Source: Nemertoderma westbladi (Eukaryota > Animalia > Xenacoelomorpha). Taken from it: DNA of 64,000 nt. The notes beneath the pieces were generated by a model, which searched no databases, was not told the DNA's origin, and saw only the letters and a list, made by a program, of their open reading frames with translations. Of this stretch, positions 34,306-47,164 are shown in pieces (position 1 is the first letter of the stretch; each line of letters starts with the position of its first letter). Where the stretch lies: the NCBI GenBank assembly GCA_032718475.1, contig JAUCBJ010007186.1:10704-74703 (forward strand). The letters run 5' to 3'. The position numbers and the translations under genes were made by a program.

Positions 34306-37300
34306 ATGTCTGATACTAAGCAGAACCTGTCAGACAGTTTATTAGATGTAACTATCTGCGACTCAGATAGAGGCGTAGAACCGTCTAGTCGTAAGTTCAG
34401 TTCACCTCCCACTGTGAGTAAGGTCATCCCTCCAGTAGTAATAACAGAACCTAGGCTGGTCCAACATCGTAGGTCTATCATAGGCACTCGAGCTCAGGTC
34501 AAGCGGGACCAAGAAGCAGCAGAACAGCAACAACCCGCTAGCCAAGAACTTACTTCTCAACGGCCCAACAGCTCCAGTAGTAAGGATACTGTAGAACTGA
34601 CACCAGAACGCGGAGCAAAGATGATGGATGCGGTTTATTCGGATCCCCTTCTCATCCTTCCTGCAGCCGTACTCACTAGGTTATTGATCGCTGTGGAAGA
34701 ACACCAGATCGATTGGGCGAGAAGCCAGCGTTCAACTAGAGATAGTTATGCTGGATACACAAGGGAAGAACTGAAGTCCATGGTCGAGTCGCAATGGAAC
34801 TTCCCCGGACCCGGACTCCCGTTTGATTTATCAGAAGCTGCCTGGGAAGACATACACCGGATGGGAGTAGCCAAGGAAACCATCGATCCCGCTGTGTGGA
34901 AGAGGTCCGCAGCTGGATACGCACAGGGATTCTTCAGCTCTATGGAGCGAGTAAAAGGACAACTGTTTCAACAACCACAAGGACCTCAAGAGCAGGGACA
35001 ACTGCTTTATCAAGTTAGAGAAAGAATTCTACGAATCAGGCTAATATTATCGGCCTTTGAGGAGGCTTCTAAACGAAGGCAAGACACGTCGTTGCAAGTT
35101 GCCGTAAAGACCTGGTTTCAAAGGGTGAGTCTTCAGGTTCAAGGAACAGCTCAGTGGAAAGCTCAGCTGGAGGAGCGCTCAACCCATGGAGAATCAACAG
35201 ACACTACTTTTTCCCAAGTGGAAAGTGAAGCGACGGCAGAGAAACCGCATAAGAGGGATGCCATTGACATCTATCTGTCAGACTATCAACGTTTTTTAGG
35301 TGATGACGAGTTGAGGAGAAGGTTAGAGGGACTTAGCCCTAATAGTGAAGGAACCAAGCTAGTGTTGGATGCCATCGATGTGGAAATGAGGGCTGCGAAT
35401 CAGGCTAAATTTGATGAACAACTCCGCCTGACACGAGTCCAAGAACAACAAGTAAAGAAAAAACGCATAGAAGACAGAAAGAAAGCAGCAGTGGTAGCTG
35501 CAGAAGCAGAAAGAAAAGCGGCAGTGGCAGAGGCAGCGGCAGAGGCAAAGGCAGCCGAAGCTGAAAGAAAAGCGGCAGCGGCAGCGGAAAGAAAAGCGAC
35601 AGAGGCAGTGGCAGAAGCAGAACGGAGAGCGGCTGAAGAAACCATCCAATTAGAATTGGAAAACATTCAGGAGAATCAAGACTGCATAAATAAACAGTTA
35701 ACAGCTAGTAATATGCAGATGATGAATCGATCTACTCCCAAAAGACAGGGATATACATCATCTGAGGAAGGCGATACTACCGATACTGAAGGCAAAGGAA
35801 ATAGATCTCGTCTAAGTAGACGTAAAAGAACATTCCACCGTCAGAAATTGCCTGATTTGCCTCCAGCTGTTAGAAGGCAACTAAATAACACCAACTTAGG
35901 TAGTACAGAGCCCACAGACCAAATAATTAAAATAGAAAGACTCCCTACTATAGTAGATGAGCCTGAAATAATTAGGCCTGTTCTTGAAATCACCCCTTCG
36001 GTGATAGATACACCTGTGCTCCCTGAAACTACCTCTAAATTCCCTATGCATAGCACTAAGCTACCTGTGCCCCGTAGAACTGCCCAGGAGACAGTTCAGG
36101 TCCTGGACCCCGAGCGAAATATTCCTGATTTGTCGCCCGTTGTCCCTCGTCCGCTCGCTACAACGTTGGCGACTCCCGCTTCGGCGGTCGAATGGGTGGA
36201 TGAGAGACGGCGGGGGATGGATCTCCTGCTCGGGCAGATGCAGGAGACTGTCCAACAATTCAAGGGCACAGTAAGGGAAAGTAGGCTAGAGTTGCAAGAA
36301 GTGCAGCAAAGTATCGTGCTAGAACGCGATAAATTAGTAAATACTCAAAGGGGTATACCACCACCCTCTGTAACAATGTGTCAACCTGTTAGGTCTGAAG
36401 TATCGCATGCGCAAGGTGTGGAGCCTACACGAATCTATACTGCTAGCGAAGTAGAAACTCCTATAGTGAACCCTATTAAGGGTAATTATAGACCTGTTGA
36501 TAATGATATTCCATATAGAACTGATCATAATCCGAGAAATTTATATACCGATAACTCGATATTAAATAACACGATGGCCCAAGAAAGTTTTACGCGTCAA
36601 ATGGCTAGAACCGAAGCCCGGCAAGCGGTGAAGGTGGGAGAGATCGTCAAGTTCAATGGAGATGAGATGAAATGGTTACCTTTTAATGAATATTACAAAG
36701 ATAACATACAGAACTCTGTACTATCTAATGGAGAGAAACTTAGATTCCTCATCGAGTGCTTGGAAGGATCTCCCAAGTTAATGGCGTTAAAGTTTATTGG
36801 ACATCCAGACGGATTAAGACAAGTTTGGGACACACTAAACATCAGGTATGGTAATAGGAATAATATCGCTAAGTATTTATATGCAAAATTAGTAGCGCCC
36901 AGAAAGTTCATCAGCAGTGGGATAATAGAGTTTTCCGATGAGATTCAAGAGATCTGTAGACAATTAGATTGGTTAGGTAAGTCTCATGAATACCAAAGTT
37001 CTATGGTCATTGGAGCTGTGGCTTCTACTTTACCGAAAGGTGGGGTAGGCACACGCTGGGATAAGAAAGTACTATATATGATGGAACAACAACGACGAGA
37101 CCCTACCATGGCTGATCTCATGTCATTCCTAGATGGAGAAGTGAAATTACAGCTCCTGAAACTGTCTAGAGAGAAGACACCGGAAAACAAGGTAAGTGAA
37201 AAACCCGTCTCTAGGAGAAAGGTAACACCAGTGTGTTATACAGACGACGGCGAAAGCCAGACTTCTCAAGGAGAAGATAGCGGGAAAGACACTGATAGAT

Positions 37301-40300
37301 CTTGTTATGTCAATAAAATGCCTAAAGATCAGGTAAGTAAATTCAAGTCTCGAGCAAATGACAGGAGAGAACAGGTAAGAAAAACTCCTCCCACGTCTCC
37401 CAAGAGAATTCCGGTGAGAAAGCCCGAAGAAAAGGCAAGTGTACACAATGTGACTCAAAATAAGGTAAGTAACATCAAACCGAAATGTGCGCTGTGTGAC
37501 GGGACCCACCGTTTGAATATGTGTGATGAATTCCTGAAGAAGTCATTAACGGAGAGACGCGAAGTCATGTGGGATAAGCGGTTATGTTATAATTGCCTCA
37601 GACAAGGACACCAACGGCGTACCTGTTTCTCTAACATAAGGTGTGCAAAGTGTGGTGCGAAACATCATATCTTGTTGCACGCTGAATTTGAGCGAAATAG
37701 TCCGAATCAGGTAAGTGATTCCGAGCTACATGTCCAATTCAGTGATGTGAACGACACTGATCAATCTGAGATGGAAGGATTCTATACGGACGAGTTCTCC
37801 GACGAAAACGAATCCTGTTACATGATAAATACCGCAGTGTATTGAGCACTCACCTATGAAAAGGATACAGACAACGACTTCACTCTAACTACTTCTGAGC
37901 GACAACCATCTTGGAAAGAGCCATCTTCCAATGTAGGGATCCGAGAGTTTTCTGTGGTGCAAGTAAGGGTTCACGGACCTAAGAGGAGTTATGTAGTGAA
38001 CGCCCTCCTTGACTCCGGTAGTACAGGAACATTCATCGACAAAGAGCTAGCCGAAGATATATTTGCTGAACAACCCAAGTTCCAAACTAAGCTCAACATG
38101 TCCGGCATTATGCAAGTTTGGAAATCTACAATAACAGCGGATTATTATGTAGGAGCGTTGTCCACCCCCCAGGACGAACTAGGAGAACATAGCATAAGGT
38201 CAGTGAAAATGGTGGCTATAAAGAACTTCGCTACTACTCAAGCAGACCTTTATAATTGGGACGAGGATGAGAGCATCCAACATCTTAACATACCTCGATT
38301 CCAGACTGATTATCCTGGAGTGCAAATACTCATCGGCCAAAACGCGCATGAGGCGCTGGAGACATTAGAGAAACGGCCTGCTCAACCGCAGCCACTACAG
38401 ACCTATGCGGTAAGAACTAGAGTAGGTTGGTACTTTACTGGCCCTTCCCGTAGAACACTCAGAGAAAGACTACCGCCAGAGAGCGTCTACCAGGTGAGTG
38501 AATGGGAAGATGATACTAGTGAGGGAGACGATTTAACTGAGGGAACCCCATACTCCTCAGATAACGACGACGTGCACCAGCTTTTTGATGAGGAGAATAC
38601 CATCGACCTCCTTAAGGAAAACGAGGCTTGGCAAAACCAAGTGAACTTATGTCAACTTCTTTATCCAACAGAACGAGAAGCTTATAACGACGAGTTAAAT
38701 GACGTCATTGAGCGTTGTAATGCCAAGACTCGAGATGAACATGCCGTACGATTCTTTACGCAAGAGGCGGTAGAGCCCAATTCCTACGATAAAGCCTTGT
38801 CGGTGGAAGAGGAAAGGGCCAAGCAGATCCAAGAGACAACTACACGTTTCCTCAAAGATCAAGGTAGGTATGAAGTCGGTCTACCTTTCCGCAAGAAAGA
38901 ACCGAAGTTCATCAATAACAGACCCTTGGCGGAAAAAAGAATCGCGCAACTCCATCGACGCCTTACGGCTAATTCTTCAGCTAAAGCAATGTATCAAACA
39001 CAGCTGGAGAAATTTATTAGTAAGGGATACGCGGAGAGAGTACCGGAAGAAACACCTGTGACTGAAAGAACGTATTACTTAACTCACCATTACGTTCCTA
39101 AACCCGGTAAGCCACATGAAGTGAGAGTAGTGTTTGATGGCTCCGCTCTTTACATGGGTCAATCCCTTAACTCTGAATTGTTACCCGGACCCAACTTACT
39201 TCAATCTTTGTTGGGAATTCTTTTAAGATTGAGACAATATTCGATTGCTTTCGCCTCCAATATAGAAGGCATGTTCTTACAAGTCAAGGTGTTAGATAGG
39301 GATCGAGATAGTCTACGATTTCTGTGGTGGCCCGAAGGAGACCTCAACCAGAAACCGGTAGAGTACTGGATGACCATCCAGGCCTTTGGGATAATCTCAA
39401 GCCCTTCCAACGCCTGTTCGGTAGTGCGTACCACTGCAGAAGACAACCGAGAGGCCTTCTCTAAGGAAGTGATCGACAACATCAAGAGAGACATATACAT
39501 GGACGACAATCTGAAGTCCCTTCCATCAGTTGAGGAAGCCATTGAGGTCGCTAAAGGAACGGTAGAGTGCTTAAAAAGAGGTGGGTTTCGATTAACAAAA
39601 TTCACCAGCAACTCCCGTGAGTTTCTGGAGTCGATCCCTGCGGAAGATCGAGGGGCGAAAGATCTAGATTTGATCAAAGACGATCTGCCAGAAACCAAGA
39701 CACTCGGCTTGAAATGGGACACAGAGCGAGATATCCTGTTTTTCCAGCTAAAACAGCGAGATAATCCAGTTCGAACAAAACGGATTTGCTTAAGTATACT
39801 GAGCACTTATTTCGATCCATTGGGATTTATTAGCCCAGTTATATTGATTGCTCGTAGTTTGGTACAACAAATGTGGCTTGAAAACCACTCATGGGACGAT
39901 CCACTTAAGGGAGAATTATTGAAGAAGTGGATGAAATGGGAAGATTCTCTGCCAGCTATCGAGGATTTTATAATTTCCCGTTCATATTTTGGTCATGTTC
40001 TCCCTACGTATTCCTATCAACTCCATGTGTTTGGAGACGCCAGCGATATGGGAATAGGTATAGTAGCCTATCTAAGAGTGGAAACTCCGGATGGAATCAA
40101 AGTCGCCCTGGTTACTTCTAAGGCATTAATCAACAACAAGTTGAAAGTTCCTCGAGCGGAGTTAAAAGCGGCTCTATACGCTACAGCCATCGGCCGGAAT
40201 GTAACCGAACAGATTGACTATCCATTAGAGAAAACTGTCTATTGGACCGACGCTTTACTCGTGTTAGAGTATATAACCAATGAAGTCTGTCAGTTCAGCG

Positions 40301-42381
40301 TCTTCGTTACCAACAGGGTAGCCATCATACTTAGTCGCACGACGATGGACCAATGGAGACATTGCCCCGGAACGATTAATCCAGCAGACATCGCTTCCCG
40401 AGGAGCGACTCCAAAGGAATTGGTAAATACTCCCGAATGGTTAGGAGGACCCGACTTTCTCTACAGAGAAGAAGAAGAATGGCCTCCCCATCTCACAACA
40501 GCAGAGATCAGACAGGCCAAGGGAGCGGAGAAAGTTAAACCCAAAACTCGAGCGAGTAAATCGAAGTTGTTTAAACCTGCGGTTGATCTATCTGTATTAT
40601 TTACTTCCGGAGAGGATGCTTTGGATCAGAAACCCACCGCCACGACTAAAGAAGTCTTGGAAATCTGTGACAAGGATTGGAAATCTGGAATACCAGATGT
40701 CGCGCAAGGACTCTCACCTCTCTTGCAGAGAGCGATACGTCACTACAGTTCCTGGAATCGGCTCTGTAAAGCTGTCACCTATTTAAAACGATGTTTTCAT
40801 CATCGTTACTCCGGGACAAAGACCAATAGTGATGATGCTCCATCAACATCTGCACGAGTCCATGTTGTTAAAGATCTCCCCAAATACAAGATATCCGACA
40901 GGTTTCTAAAGGAGAAGATCAGTTACCAGGAGCATGATGAAACCAACAAACAGATGCTGAGACTCCTACAATGTTATGAGGATTCCGATAAGTATTTCCT
41001 GTTGTTAAGAAATCCACAGATGCGCTTAAGGGATCGCTTCTCTAGTACCATGATAGATGGGTTAATACGTGTTGGAGGCAGGCTGACCAACGCCCCATTA
41101 TCCTTTGACACTAAGTTTCCCATCCTCATTAGAAATCTTGACATACAAATCAAGATAATTGTAGATGTTCATAGCAAACTGTACCATGCTGGTAGAGAAC
41201 GAGTTCTGAGCGAAATTCGAACTCGCTACTATTTTTATAAACCCCGTAGGGCTCTGAACCAAGTTCTTAGGAACTGCATACCCTGTAGGAAAGCATTCAG
41301 TAGGCCTTTAACACAGCGAGAGGCAGAATTACCTAGGGAAAGAGTAAGCTTCTATGAACCACCCTTTACTAATACCGGTGTGGATTTATTTGGCCCTATT
41401 GAAGTATATCGTGCCCGGACTATAGTCAAGAGATGGTGTGTCATCTTCGTTTGTATGACTTGTAGAGCTATCCATCTCGATATGGTAAACGATCTATCCA
41501 CCAACAGCTTCGTGTTGAGTTTACGACGACAGATCGCTCGCTTCGGAACCAGTAACACGATGAGATCGGATAAGGGAACGAACTTCATTGGCGCCAACAA
41601 CGAAATTCAAGCTTACGTAAAGGACTGGAACAAAAGACAGGTGGACGATCAGCTAAGGATAACAGCGTCTAGCTGGACCTTCAACGCCGCCGACGCCCCT
41701 TGGTGGGGAGGAAGTTGGGAGAGATTGATTAGGAGCGTGAAGACTGCGTTCCACTTTATTGTACCTTGTCGCGCTTATCTCACCGACGAACTATTGCGGA
41801 CGTTAATGGAGGAAATCGCCGCCTATCTCAACGAAAGACCGCTTATGCCAGTCTCTTCAAATCCTGATTCCCTGGAAGCGCTAACACCCGCGCACTTTCT
41901 ACTGAAGAAGCCCGTAGCCATGCTCCCACGATCGGAGATCACAGACGGAGACGAGTACTGCCGTCGAACCTGGCAACTTATGCAGTTGCTATCCCGTCGT
42001 TTCGCTGACCATTTCGAGAAACATTACCTGCCCACTCTACAACTTCGAACTAAGTGGTTTGCGCAGCAAGAAAACGTCAGCGCTGGAGACATGGTGCTTA
42101 TTGTGGACCCCGATCTCCCACGTAAGCGATGGCAAACAGGACGTATCATCGAGACTCATATCTCGAGCGATGGTTTGGTGCGATCAGTAGAGCTCGTCGT
42201 CATGCGACGTAACTTTAAGAAACCAGGGATAGTCTTTGAGACTCAACAGCTCAATCGCCCAGTGGGTCGTTTATGTTTACTGGAAAGAGACAGAGAGCTC
42301 TCCGGAAACTATGGAAGGCAAGAAACTCTTCCCACGACCACTTCCCTAATCCAACCGACATCTAGGGACTCCCCAACTTAA
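34306..42381 (+). pseudogene. BEL/Pao gag-pol polyprotein with one premature stop
   Basis: ORFs 34306-37845 and 37954-42381 are in the same frame. Motifs: triple zinc knuckle, ALLDSGS, RVVFDGS, GPNLL, YMDD, FGDAS/RAEL/WTD (RNase H), HHCC and DLFGP/SDKGTNF/WERLI (integrase). The TGA at 37843 is CGA in element A. Confidence 0.95.
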
Positions 42382-44027
42382 TATCGTTCGGAGTGGGCGT
42401 GTGACTCTATTATTTTATATTATTTTATTATTTTTATATTTATGTATGTATTACTATGTAATTTTATTATAATCGTTTTATTTAATTTAGTAGAATATTA
42501 TTTAGTGATTATTTAGTAGAATAGTGCAATATATTCGTGTTTATTACGTACGTAATTACTTATATTATATTTAGTGCGACGGCGAGAAATAATTCTTTTT
42601 CTCTTTCCTTACTGTCCGTATTATATTATAAATACGTAACTACAGTAAGATGAAATGTCCGTACTTATTAAAGTACAATAAAGCCACTACTATATTTAAG
42701 TATTATTGGTAGGCAGAGTATTAGGAATGCAAAGTTCAGATCCTCGTGTCTCGGCTAAACCAAGCTCTGGGTAGACCTTGGAAACGACTTGCCTCTTCAC
42801 ACTGACATTGCTTCGTGCGATATTGCTCTCATACCGTATATTAAATAATACATATAGTAGCGTGATGTCCCTTTAACAGTAGCGTATAACGCAAAATAAA
42901 TCTGTTAAACCCTTTGACCATCTGTAATTCTAGTCGATTAAGATATCGCGGCACCCACCGATATACTTGAAAGACAAATTCTAGAATCAGTGGTTAACGT
43001 CCCCAGACAAGTTCTGGAATAAATCGGTGCCCATCTCAAATATTAATTATTTAATATTTGCAAATCTAATAAATCAAAATCTGTAAAATTCAGATCCTTC
43101 AACAATTCTAGTCAATTAAGATATCGTAGCATTTACCGATATTCTTAAAAAGACAATTGTCATAGAATTAAGGATCTTGTGTCCCCAGACATGTTCTAGA
43201 ATCAAAATATGTCCATTTAATTATCAAATAATAAAATTTCAGGGAATAAATTTAAATTCATGCCTTTTAATGAATTTAATAAATTGCCATTTTTTCGCAA
43301 TTTATGACATTCCCAAAATTCCATTAATTAATAGATCAAGGGAGCGGAGATTTATCTTATTATGCATATGAGTGTGCGAAAGTCTCCCAAACATAGTCAA
43401 TAGCCGATAAAATTCATAAAGTCATGTATAAAACAGAACATTGACTATTAAAGAATACTATTAAATAACATCCCAGATCTGTATGCATTGGAATTACCCT
43501 AATTCTACCGCTAGCTTTGCATAATGTCACCATAGCAACAACCACGCTAGAATTGGAATTGAGTTAAAAGAACAATAGAAAGCTTGTCCCATTGAATAGC
43601 ATAGGGAATAAATAGCGCACTGCTAGTATCCAAGGATACATAATAATACAGTGACATTCTGGAAGGCATTGACTAACGGACAAATGGCCCGAATGTGCGT
43701 AGTTGTGACCAGTTGTGTGGTATTTGTGAGTTTATAGGTGAATGTTACTGCTAAAGTGTGTTTACAGTAGCTAGTCGCAATCGTGAAAGTAACCTGACTC
43801 TCCAAGGAAAACCTGAAGTATATCTAAGCCTTTGGGACGGACAGTCGAGTGACTTGTGCCGGTTGTCGTTGTCGTTGTGCGGCTACGTCGTTGGCGAAAG
43901 TACAGCGGCGACGACACATCGGCGCTGAGGATCTCGCACTGTCCGGGGGCTAATTGGGGTAGGCAGCGACGCTCGCTAGCCTAAATATAAACTCCTTATA
44001 ATATGGATAAACTCATATATAGCAGAT

Positions 44028-45358
44028 ATGACGGAGTTGATAGAAGATGGTCTTGGTATCGGGGAGCGATATACTCTACTTTTACAAGCGTTTGTTGATA
44101 GCTTAATACGCGGCGACGTTAGTCCAACTGCTGCAGAGGACGATGGTCGTTATATCGAACCGACAATGTCCCAAGTGCAGCTCTCGCGAGAGTTGGACTA
44201 TAGAAAATTCGCTGCTCGATATACGCAGCGTAATGGTACGTATATGGGCTTCTTAACTACTGGTCATTCTATCGATTTACACGATACGGACTATGTCGAA
44301 CATATCCTACCCAGAGGAGTCTAAACGATAAACCAAAATTCTAATGCGAAAATCCTATTAGAAATCGACTCGAAAGAAAAGACATTAAAGAAACAAATAA
44401 ACGCGGTAACTCCAACATATATTTGGAATTTTTGATAGAAGCATTGTAACAACAAATAAATATCACCCGCGTTTCTCCTTCAAGACTTGCGTCTTTGGTA
44501 TTATTACGATAAATGCCCTAGACCCAGCCAAAAAACGGAAAGACATAAACATCCACGGAAACGTTGTGTTAAACACAGTTGTGCTCGTTATATTTACTGG
44601 AGTTTCGAGCGAAACTTGTTTGACGTATCACCTATGCTCACTCGGCTCGAACGATCCTGGAGTAAACCTACGATCAGAGTCCCGGAATACTCGGTCAAAC
44701 CTCCTCATTCCTTAGTTGGACCTCAGACCTGCGATCCTGGTGGTGTCGCGGATCCTCGCGGACTGTATTCACTGTTCAAAGATCTAGTGCTACCCTAACA
44801 ATTAATCGGTAACACTCCGACAGTGATTTCTAGCTAGCCGCCCATCTTACCTAGCCGGATTGTGACGCGGACACCTAATATCACTATCCCACCGTATGGT
44901 CGTCCCCGTTTAACGCGATACAACCCTTCATCAAGGTGAAGGAGAGCGTTGTACGAAACGAGTTAAACGTTATTCTATAAAGATCAAAAAAGAAACCTGC
45001 GTTTGTTCAGATAAACGTAAGTTATAACAGTAAGTCCAATCGATAAACGAATTGGCCTTATCTCAGTTCGATTGGGAAATCTCGAATCTCTAAGAAGATA
45101 TCAAGCTTAGAAAACCCTATTCTCTGCGAGAGTTTTGGACGAACGTATCCCATGACAAGCGGAGGAAAATCAGCTCGAGGAGAAGCATATCGAAATGGAC
45201 GAGACACCGATCGTAACCCTGCACCTTCTGATGCAATTATATTGCACCCTTCGCCTAGGAGCTACAGCCCTCCTCGTAAAGTGGCTCGCCCCAAAGAGAA
45301 AAGGACTCTTGCTAGCTTTAAAAAACTGCGTAAACGCCGTCCGCGCAAGAAAGACTAA
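44028..45358 (+). other. Broken extra ORF region downstream of pol, unknown function
   Basis: Short ORFs 44028-44324, 44487-44798 and 45152-45358 (Lys/Arg-rich tail). No signal peptide or TM segment was seen. Confidence 0.35.
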
Positions 45359-45436
45359 CTGTTTAAAGTATTTATGTATATTAGAAATTGTGATTTTGTA
45401 TATTTTATAGACTTAAATCCCATTTTCTGGGAGCGG

Positions 45437-46594
45437 TGTAAAAGCTTTTGTGGGATAACTGATTCGTTTGCCTTGCTAACCAGTTCCCCCCAGGCGCTAG
45501 AATACTTTAAAAAGGGATCTATAACTCGAATAGCGCAAGCTACCGGCTGATTGGCTGATTCGCTGTGCGAAGGGATCTGGGCTACGTTTGATTGTCCAAC
45601 CAGCTTGGGAGAGTATCTGCCAATAGGATTTGAGTTGATTTTGATTTCGACCTATCACAGATCTACTGAACTGAATTTTCCTATCTGTATGCTCTTTCTC
45701 TGTGTTGGGTGGAAGCCTTTGTAAATAAGGTTATTCTTATCAGTTTTCAGTGTTGTTGGTCTTTCTGTCCTGAGCCAGGAGAGAAGGGCTTGTAAATATT
45801 TTGTGCTTTTCTGTTTTAGTCGAACACTAGTAGGCTTAATTATAAGGACATATATCCGTTATCATAACAAACTGATGACAATTCAAAACTTAACACACAC
45901 TGAATCACTGTGCATACTTTTATATTGTTATACTGCTATTTACTGTCAGTTCTTCATAATATGGTTGATGAATTATTATATTTGGAATAACGATAAATAA
46001 CCCCGAAACCCAATATTCTTGATATACCTAAGGTAAGAGAGAAAGGTTACATATAACGATTGTGACTTATGTTAAAGTGGTTTGAAGTGAATCTAATGTT
46101 ATTTGATAGACCCTACATGAGTCAGTCCGTGTTCCTTTTATATATAACTAAAATCAGTGAAGATCGGCAGATCAGTGTGCAGTATTGTGCAGCATTGTGT
46201 ATGAGTGAGTCTGATAACGAAGCATTTCCTAAAGAATGCGCCATATATGTGAATTATAACTAAGCCATATCGTTGTGAGTAGTTTAAGTCATAACTCTGT
46301 TTATATAGGTAAAGCGCCACGTCCTAAAGGAACTGTTAATATTCCCCGAAGGTGAATAATATTGTCAGAGATTATATAATACTGTCAGTCGAATAATACA
46401 TTAGGCTTACATAGCAATAAAATTAAGCCGTCGAACCCAATCTCCCGGGTATATCCAGCGGGTGAATGATCGCGCACAGATTGGTTTCGACTAGTGTAGT
46501 GAATAAATACTTGTCATAGGCTAAAGGTGATTTATTATCTAGAAGACATCCTAATTTGGCGGGTTAAACTGCCAAAGGTCTGAAAGCGCGAACA
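45437..46594 (+). repeat. 3' LTR of element B (1158 bp)
   Basis: Follows the PPT GGGAGCGG, ends GCGAACA and is followed by ACCAT. Confidence 0.96.
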
Positions 46595-47164
46595 ACCATC
46601 CAGACACATTTTGGCAAACCTACAAACATATACACAGCACTCATAGCTTTTAAATTGTAACTTCTTTGGGAGCTGGTGAACTAGTAGTTGTGGAGACTAA
46701 ACATTCCATCTAGATGCCTCAAAGGATGTCCATTGTTGTAGAGCATCTATTACACCTGGGCTAGGCCAACATAGAGAGTCGAAGTAATGTATTGCCCCGG
46801 CTTTGGGACGCACTACTGCTAGAGCCCAGTGAAAACCTCTGACATTGACAGGGAAAAACAAAAAATCATACTGGAGTATGCTGGTGTCAGTATGCCGTTG
46901 TGTGACATGGGAGCCACGGTTTACAAAAATGTTCAGAAAGTGAGGACTGAAAACTTTTGCACGACCAGGGTACTGGACACACATATGGTTAATAATGGCA
47001 TCAATCAAGTTGTCAGTAAGCCAACCTTTAGGGTTACTAAGCAAGTCTATGTGGCGTTCGGAGAGAGGAATACCAGCCAACAAGTAGGTTCGCTCAGAGA
47101 CAGGGGGTGGGTCATGCCGCAGTACGCTGTCTGATAGGGATACACTGACACTGCTTGTATTCAT
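46595..47164 (-). pseudogene. Ulp1/SENP (peptidase C48) protease domain, cut by the LTR element
   Basis: GWLTDNLID, FFPVNVRGFHWALAVV and IHYFDSL. Past the stop at 46697 it reads LQFKSYECCVYVCRFA, matching the Q-N-x-x-D-C-G catalytic Cys motif. Confidence 0.85.

Larger units (their letters stand above)
30915..46594 (+). mobile_element. BEL/Pao LTR retrotransposon B, near-intact
   Basis: LTRs 30915-32073 and 45437-46594 with about 2 differences seen; domain order gag-PR-RT-RH-IN; PPT at 45429-45436. No TSD because the left LTR is shared with a tandem copy. Confidence 0.95.

Noticed and set aside
37843-37845. Programmed stop readthrough between gag and pol
   Set aside because: Element A has CGA at this codon, and BEL/Pao elements normally use a single ORF.
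44028-45358. env gene
   Set aside because: No signal peptide, TM helix or Cys-rich fusion-protein pattern, and the frame is broken in all copies.
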